A DNA stretch of 61,214 nt from a virus. Its lineage: Duplodnaviria; Heunggongvirae; Uroviricota; Caudoviricetes. Of the stretch, positions 57,325 through 61,214 are shown one piece after another; within the stretch, counting starts at the first letter, position 1; each line of letters starts with the position of its first letter. The notes under the pieces were generated by a model. It had not been told where the DNA came from. It did no database searches and saw only the letters and a list, made by a program, of their open reading frames with translations. The stretch lies in IMG/VR virus record IMGVR_UViG_3300025887_000009; one strand, 5' to 3'. The position numbers and the translations under genes were made by a program.

Positions 57325-58602
57325 ATGAGCAACTACAAAACTAATGCATGGGCACCGGATCCAACCATTACTGACGAAGCACTAGAAGTAATGCGCAAAG
57401 ATGTGCTAGAAAAAATTGTTACAGCACGTATTGGACTTTTGCTACGACAGCCGTTCTTCGGTAATCTCGGTATGCGTCTTAAGATTGTATGCGGCGATGG
57501 ATTTATTCCTACCGCAGCAACAGACGGTCGTAATATGTATTACAATACGCAATTCTTTAATGCATTGTCTATTCGTGAGATTGAGTTTGTTGTTGCGCAT
57601 GAGATTTATCACTGCGTATATGATCATCTTGGACGGCGCGAAGAACGCGATGCAAAACTGTATAACATTGCAGCCGACTATGTTGTTAATGGCTTGCTTG
57701 ATCGAGATCGCATTGGCGAACCTGTTAAATTGATTCAAATTTACATGGATCACAAATACGACGGATGGACTTCAGAAGAAGTATATGCAGAATTGCTTGA
57801 GAAGCACGGCTCAAGCGAGGATGACCTTCTTAAACAGTTAGGTCAAATGCTTGACGAACACCTTGACTGGGAATCAGGCGACGGCGAGGATGACGGCGAA
57901 GGCAACAAGAGTGCTACCGGCAAGCCGAGCTATTCTAAAGAAACACTCCGTCGTATCCGTGACGAAATGCGCGAAGCAATGATTTCTGCAGCTCAAGCAG
58001 CAGGTGCTGGCAAAACACCAGAAGGTGTACAGCGTATGATTAAAGAGCTTACTGAATCTAAGATGAACTGGCGCGAACTTATTCGTCAGCAAGTTCAGAG
58101 CACTATGAAGCACGATTTTACTTTTGCTCGTCCAAGCCGCAAGGGTCAGCAATCAGGCGCTATTCTTCCTGGTATGAACTTTATGGATCGTGTTGACATT
58201 GCAATCGGCATCGACATGTCGGGCTCGATTGGTACTGCACAAGCAACAGACTTTATGAGCGAGATTAAAGGCATTGTTGACGAATTCCAAGACTACGCAA
58301 TCCATGTTTGGTGCTTTGATACTGCTGTATACAATGATGAGAAGTTTAGTTCAGAAGAAGGGCGTGATATCACTGAATACGATATCAAAGGCGGTGGCGG
58401 AACAGACTTTGACGCTAACTGGGAGTTTATGAAAGAGAACGATATTACTCCTAAGAAGTTCATTATGTTCACAGATGGATATCCTTACAGCTCATGGGGT
58501 GACGAAGACTATTGTGACACGTTGTTTATTATCCACGGACATCATGACAAGAATCTCGAAGCGCCGTTTGGTATGACAGCGCATTATGATGAGAATGCAT
58601 AA
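57325..58602 (+). CDS. Metallopeptidase-like (HExxH) plus VWA domain protein (DUF2201-like), MoxR partner
   Basis: TAATDG, HEIYH, NIAADY; MIDAS DMSGS, GGGGTDF, FTDGY. Confidence 0.88.
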   Translation: MSNYKTNAWAPDPTITDEALEVMRKDVLEKIVTARIGLLLRQPFFGNLGMRLKIVCGDGFIPTAATDGRNMYYNTQFFNALSIREIEFVVAHEIYHCVYDHLGRREERDAKLYNIAADYVVNGLLDRDRIGEPVKLIQIYMDHKYDGWTSEEVYAELLEKHGSSEDDLLKQLGQMLDEHLDWESGDGEDDGEGNKSATGKPSYSKETLRRIRDEMREAMISAAQAAGAGKTPEGVQRMIKELTESKMNWRELIRQQVQSTMKHDFTFARPSRKGQQSGAILPGMNFMDRVDIAIGIDMSGSIGTAQATDFMSEIKGIVDEFQDYAIHVWCFDTAVYNDEKFSSEEGRDITEYDIKGGGGTDFDANWEFMKENDITPKKFIMFTDGYPYSSWGDEDYCDTLFIIHGHHDKNLEAPFGMTAHYDENA

Positions 58603-58877
58603 TGCTAAAGAAAAAAGTTAATCCATTGGATCAACTAGATGCGAGGCGGTTAGAAACAGCCGCCTCGCATCTGTCTTATATCTATTACCCACATCATAGT
58701 TGGATATCACTTACTCGTTACGAACAATGGATTATTGATAATCTACGCGGTCGGTACTTTAGAGGCAACATATCCAGTCTAGACGAAAACAACAAGATTG
58801 TCATTCGTTCTTGCATCGGTTTTGAAAATCCTAGTGATAAAACTCTGTTCATGATTGGTTGTCCAGAGGCCGTATAG
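58602..58877 (+). CDS. Hypothetical protein
   Basis: WI.DNLRGRYF, IGFENP. Confidence 0.65.
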   Translation: MLKKKVNPLDQLDARRLETAASHLSYIYYPHHSWISLTRYEQWIIDNLRGRYFRGNISSLDENNKIVIRSCIGFENPSDKTLFMIGCPEAV

Positions 58878-58922
58878 GTATAAATATGTGCGTATATAAG
58901 TAACGTACATAGGAGATACTAT

Positions 58923-59168
58923 ATGACTGATACAAAACAAAAAACAGAAGCACCTGCAACTACGGCTCCAGCAGATGCAACGCAGCCAAATGAAACAAGT
59001 GCTGCACCCGATTTAACAGTACAAGACCTTGCTACTATTCGTAACATCATTGACGTTGCGTCAACAAGGGGCGCATTTAAAGCAGGCGAAATGGAATCTG
59101 TAGGGAAGATCTACAACAAATTAGATTTGTTCCTTAATTCGTTAGCAGATCAAAAAGGTCCTGCATAA
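58923..59168 (+). CDS. Hypothetical late protein
   Basis: TATAAATA 58879-58886, AGGAG SD; LTVQDL..IRNIIDVASTRGAFKA.E. Confidence 0.75.
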   Translation: MTDTKQKTEAPATTAPADATQPNETSAAPDLTVQDLATIRNIIDVASTRGAFKAGEMESVGKIYNKLDLFLNSLADQKGPA

Positions 59169-59821
59169 TGAAACATGTTGGTAGATTTAAAAATAACCGT
59201 CGTAAGCTAGTAGTAGCTTATAGAGTGATCCCAGGTGATGCTGATCACTGCCTTGTAGTCCAAACAGAAAGTTTGAATGCAGAATATCATGACTCCATGA
59301 TAAGAACGCTTGAATCAAACTCTGGACAAAATGTTTACGAATTTGCAGAAGCAATGAGCAGAGCTACATTGCCAGATGGGCGTAATATGTTAGCAGCCTT
59401 TCACCGAGAAGGCAAATTAACAAAGATTCCAACTGCATCAGTTGAAATGACTCCAAACATGCAAACCTCTATTGCACTCAATGAACTGAACGCTATCATT
59501 GCAGAACAAAAAGGTGTGTCAATTGCAGACCTTGCACTAGGTGCTGATCAGGTAAAGAAGACTCCTGAGAATTCTGGTCCAAAGTTAGATGCAGCAGACG
59601 CAGCGACGCAATACACTGATGCAAAAGCAGCAAGTGTCGAAGCTGTAGCAAGCATGAACACAGTAGACGATGCAATTGTTACCGAAGAGAAGCCGTTATC
59701 TAACGAAGATCTTGCAAGGCAAATGCGTTCACAAGCAGATGCATTGTCAAAAGAAGCACAAGCATTGCGGAAGTCTGCTAAGGAACTAACGTTAAAAAAA
59801 GCTGAAAAGCAAACTAATTGA
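59168..59821 (+). CDS. Hypothetical protein
   Basis: MKHVGR N-terminus; C-terminal coiled coil. Confidence 0.75.
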   Translation: MKHVGRFKNNRRKLVVAYRVIPGDADHCLVVQTESLNAEYHDSMIRTLESNSGQNVYEFAEAMSRATLPDGRNMLAAFHREGKLTKIPTASVEMTPNMQTSIALNELNAIIAEQKGVSIADLALGADQVKKTPENSGPKLDAADAATQYTDAKAASVEAVASMNTVDDAIVTEEKPLSNEDLARQMRSQADALSKEAQALRKSAKELTLKKAEKQTN

Positions 59822-60144
59822 TGACTTTAGATAAGTTGCCAGATGACCCTGTCGACGAATGGCCTGAGATACTCAATGATGTTGATATTGAAACAATACC
59901 AATTGAGTATCTCCACGCCATCTTTATTACATTCGAAGACGGCAATGTCTGGGAAATAGAAATCAATAATAGAGACTTTAACGAGGATACTGATGAAGCA
60001 GCTCGATTAGTCGAAGACGAAATAGGCGAACTATTTGAAGAATTTGCAGATGTTATAGATCGCATTGATTTTAGGCTAGATACCGAACGCCTTAAAAATG
60101 ACATAACTAAGCGCACCCGTACCTTCATGAAGAAACGCAAATAA
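59821..60144 (+). CDS. Hypothetical acidic protein
   Basis: WPEIL.DV...IPIEYL. Confidence 0.7.
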   Translation: MTLDKLPDDPVDEWPEILNDVDIETIPIEYLHAIFITFEDGNVWEIEINNRDFNEDTDEAARLVEDEIGELFEEFADVIDRIDFRLDTERLKNDITKRTRTFMKKRK

Positions 60145-60183
60145 CATAAATACAGTAACAAATATTCTTGAAGGAGTTCATAC

Positions 60184-61214
60184 ATGGCATTACGCTTGAG
60201 AAGAGGCACCGATAGTGAGAGACTTGGGATTACTCCTCTCGCTGGTGAACTTATATACACTACAGACACAAAAAAAGTGTATGTTGGCGACGGATTAACT
60301 GTTGGTGGTACAGCAATTGACTCTAACGCAGGCATTGGTATTGATAGCTTATCAGACGTCGACACAACCACTTTAGCACCGACTATCGGTTGGGTGCTAA
60401 AGTGGAACGGCACTAACTGGATCCCAGCAGAAGAAGCAGCAATAACAGGTGCAGTAGTCGAAGGCGCCAATTATAGAATTAACGTAATCGGCGATGATAG
60501 CACTGTAATGGTAAACAGTGCTACAAATACATTTACAGGCAGTTTACAAGGTACCGTAGAAGGCGAATTAGTAGGTAGCGTATTTTCAGACGACTCATCT
60601 GTTATAATCGACGGCATCGATGATTCTCTTACAGTATCAACTATCAAAACTAGAACTAATCAATTAGTTGTTAATTCATCCGTTACAGGAAGAACAGATG
60701 TTAGACTAGAAGCATACGACGGCAACACTGTATTAAAGTTTGTAAAAAACACCGACACAGATCTTTCAAGCGATACTACTAATCCTTATGGCGGAATATA
60801 TTTTGAAAGAGACGACATTAGCGGACCTCTAACTACTTCACTTATTCTCGGCGGTACTGACTTTATTACTCTCGGCAACGATCCGAGTGGTAATTTTACT
60901 AGTCCGTTTCTTGTTACAATACGTAACGGAAGTCTCGGTGTCGGAATAACCGAGCCGGCTGAAAAATTAGATGTTGTAGGCAATGTTAATGTATCAGGGA
61001 CATTAATAGCAGCCGATACTAATATAACAGGGACAATGGTTGCAGCTAGCGGCAACGTAACAGGGACAATGGTTGCAGGTTCGTTACAAGGCACACTGAC
61101 CTTAGATGATTCTACAGTAGTCATAGACGGTATTAATGGTAGCATTGTTGCACCAAGTTACGTGCAATTCGGCAGCTTTACTACTGCCGAACGAGATGCT
61201 CTAACTGCCGGAAA
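60184..61214 (+). CDS. Tail-fibre-like protein, 3'-truncated by window edge
   Basis: TAAATA 60147-60152, AAGGAG SD; MALRLRRGT..ER....GELIYTTDTKKVYVGDG (Mtd/hyaluronidase-type N-terminus); L.DV and LKWNGTNW fibre motifs; no stop seen. Confidence 0.75.
   Translation, partial: MALRLRRGTDSERLGITPLAGELIYTTDTKKVYVGDGLTVGGTAIDSNAGIGIDSLSDVDTTTLAPTIGWVLKWNGTNWIPAEEAAITGAVVEGANYRINVIGDDSTVMVNSATNTFTGSLQGTVEGELVGSVFSDDSSVIIDGIDDSLTVSTIKTRTNQLVVNSSVTGRTDVRLEAYDGNTVLKFVKNTDTDLSSDTTNPYGGIYFERDDISGPLTTSLILGGTDFITLGNDPSGNFTSPFLVTIRNGSLGVGITEPAEKLDVVGNVNVSGTLIAADTNITGTMVAASGNVTGTMVAGSLQGTLTLDDSTVVIDGINGSIVAPSYVQFGSFTTAERDALTAG

Noticed and set aside
645-61145. Many minus-strand and alternative-frame ORFs in the track (e.g. 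11886-12665, 6210-6857, 59814-60470)
   Set aside because: They are shadows of long, motif-bearing + strand genes, lack SD or promoter signals and have no recognisable motifs; only 5547-5834 and phoH are accepted on the minus strand
1-61214. Stop-codon reassignment, tRNA genes, introns/inteins in polB or thyA, integrase
   Set aside because: Genes tile densely in the standard code and all three stops end genes; polB and thyA are normal length and uninterrupted; no cloverleaf or recombinase motif was noticed by eye (a tRNA/covariance scan would be needed to exclude RNAs)

Overview
This 61 kb window is part of a large tailed dsDNA phage genome with T4-like organisation. Genes are densely packed, almost all on the + strand, in the standard genetic code, and the first and last genes are cut by the window edges. 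It contains: (i) a virion/tail block (6.2-19.5 kb, plus a partial fibre gene at the right edge); (ii) replication and nucleotide-metabolism genes (family B polymerase, sliding clamp, clamp loader, RNase H-like 5'-3' exonuclease, DHFR, ThyA, MazG-like, HIT, PhoH, a DnaE fragment); (iii) a lysis cassette (GH19 endolysin, i-/o-spanin, probable holin) indicating a Gram-negative host; (iv) chaperone genes (GroES, DnaJ, ClpA, IscA, MoxR-VWA); (v) a dispersed 7-deazaguanine DNA-modification pathway (folE, queD, queE, TGT/DpdA-like, DpdL-like, adjacent GT-B glycosyltransferase; no queC in the window); and (vi) a run of genes sharing a T4-like capsid-targeting N-terminus. Transcription signals are near-consensus sigma70 promoters and T4-type TAAATA late promoters. 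The most unusual observations are these. Two chimeric junctions fuse the start of a downstream core gene in frame to the end of an upstream gene, each sitting between accessory ORFs, which points to a repeated gene-accretion mechanism. A 10-bp tandem duplication keeps the DpdA-like frame open. A ligase-like plus nucleotidyltransferase pair appears to be capsid-packaged. Several late genes are leaderless or gated by hairpins. All product calls come from motif recognition by eye; no database search was run.
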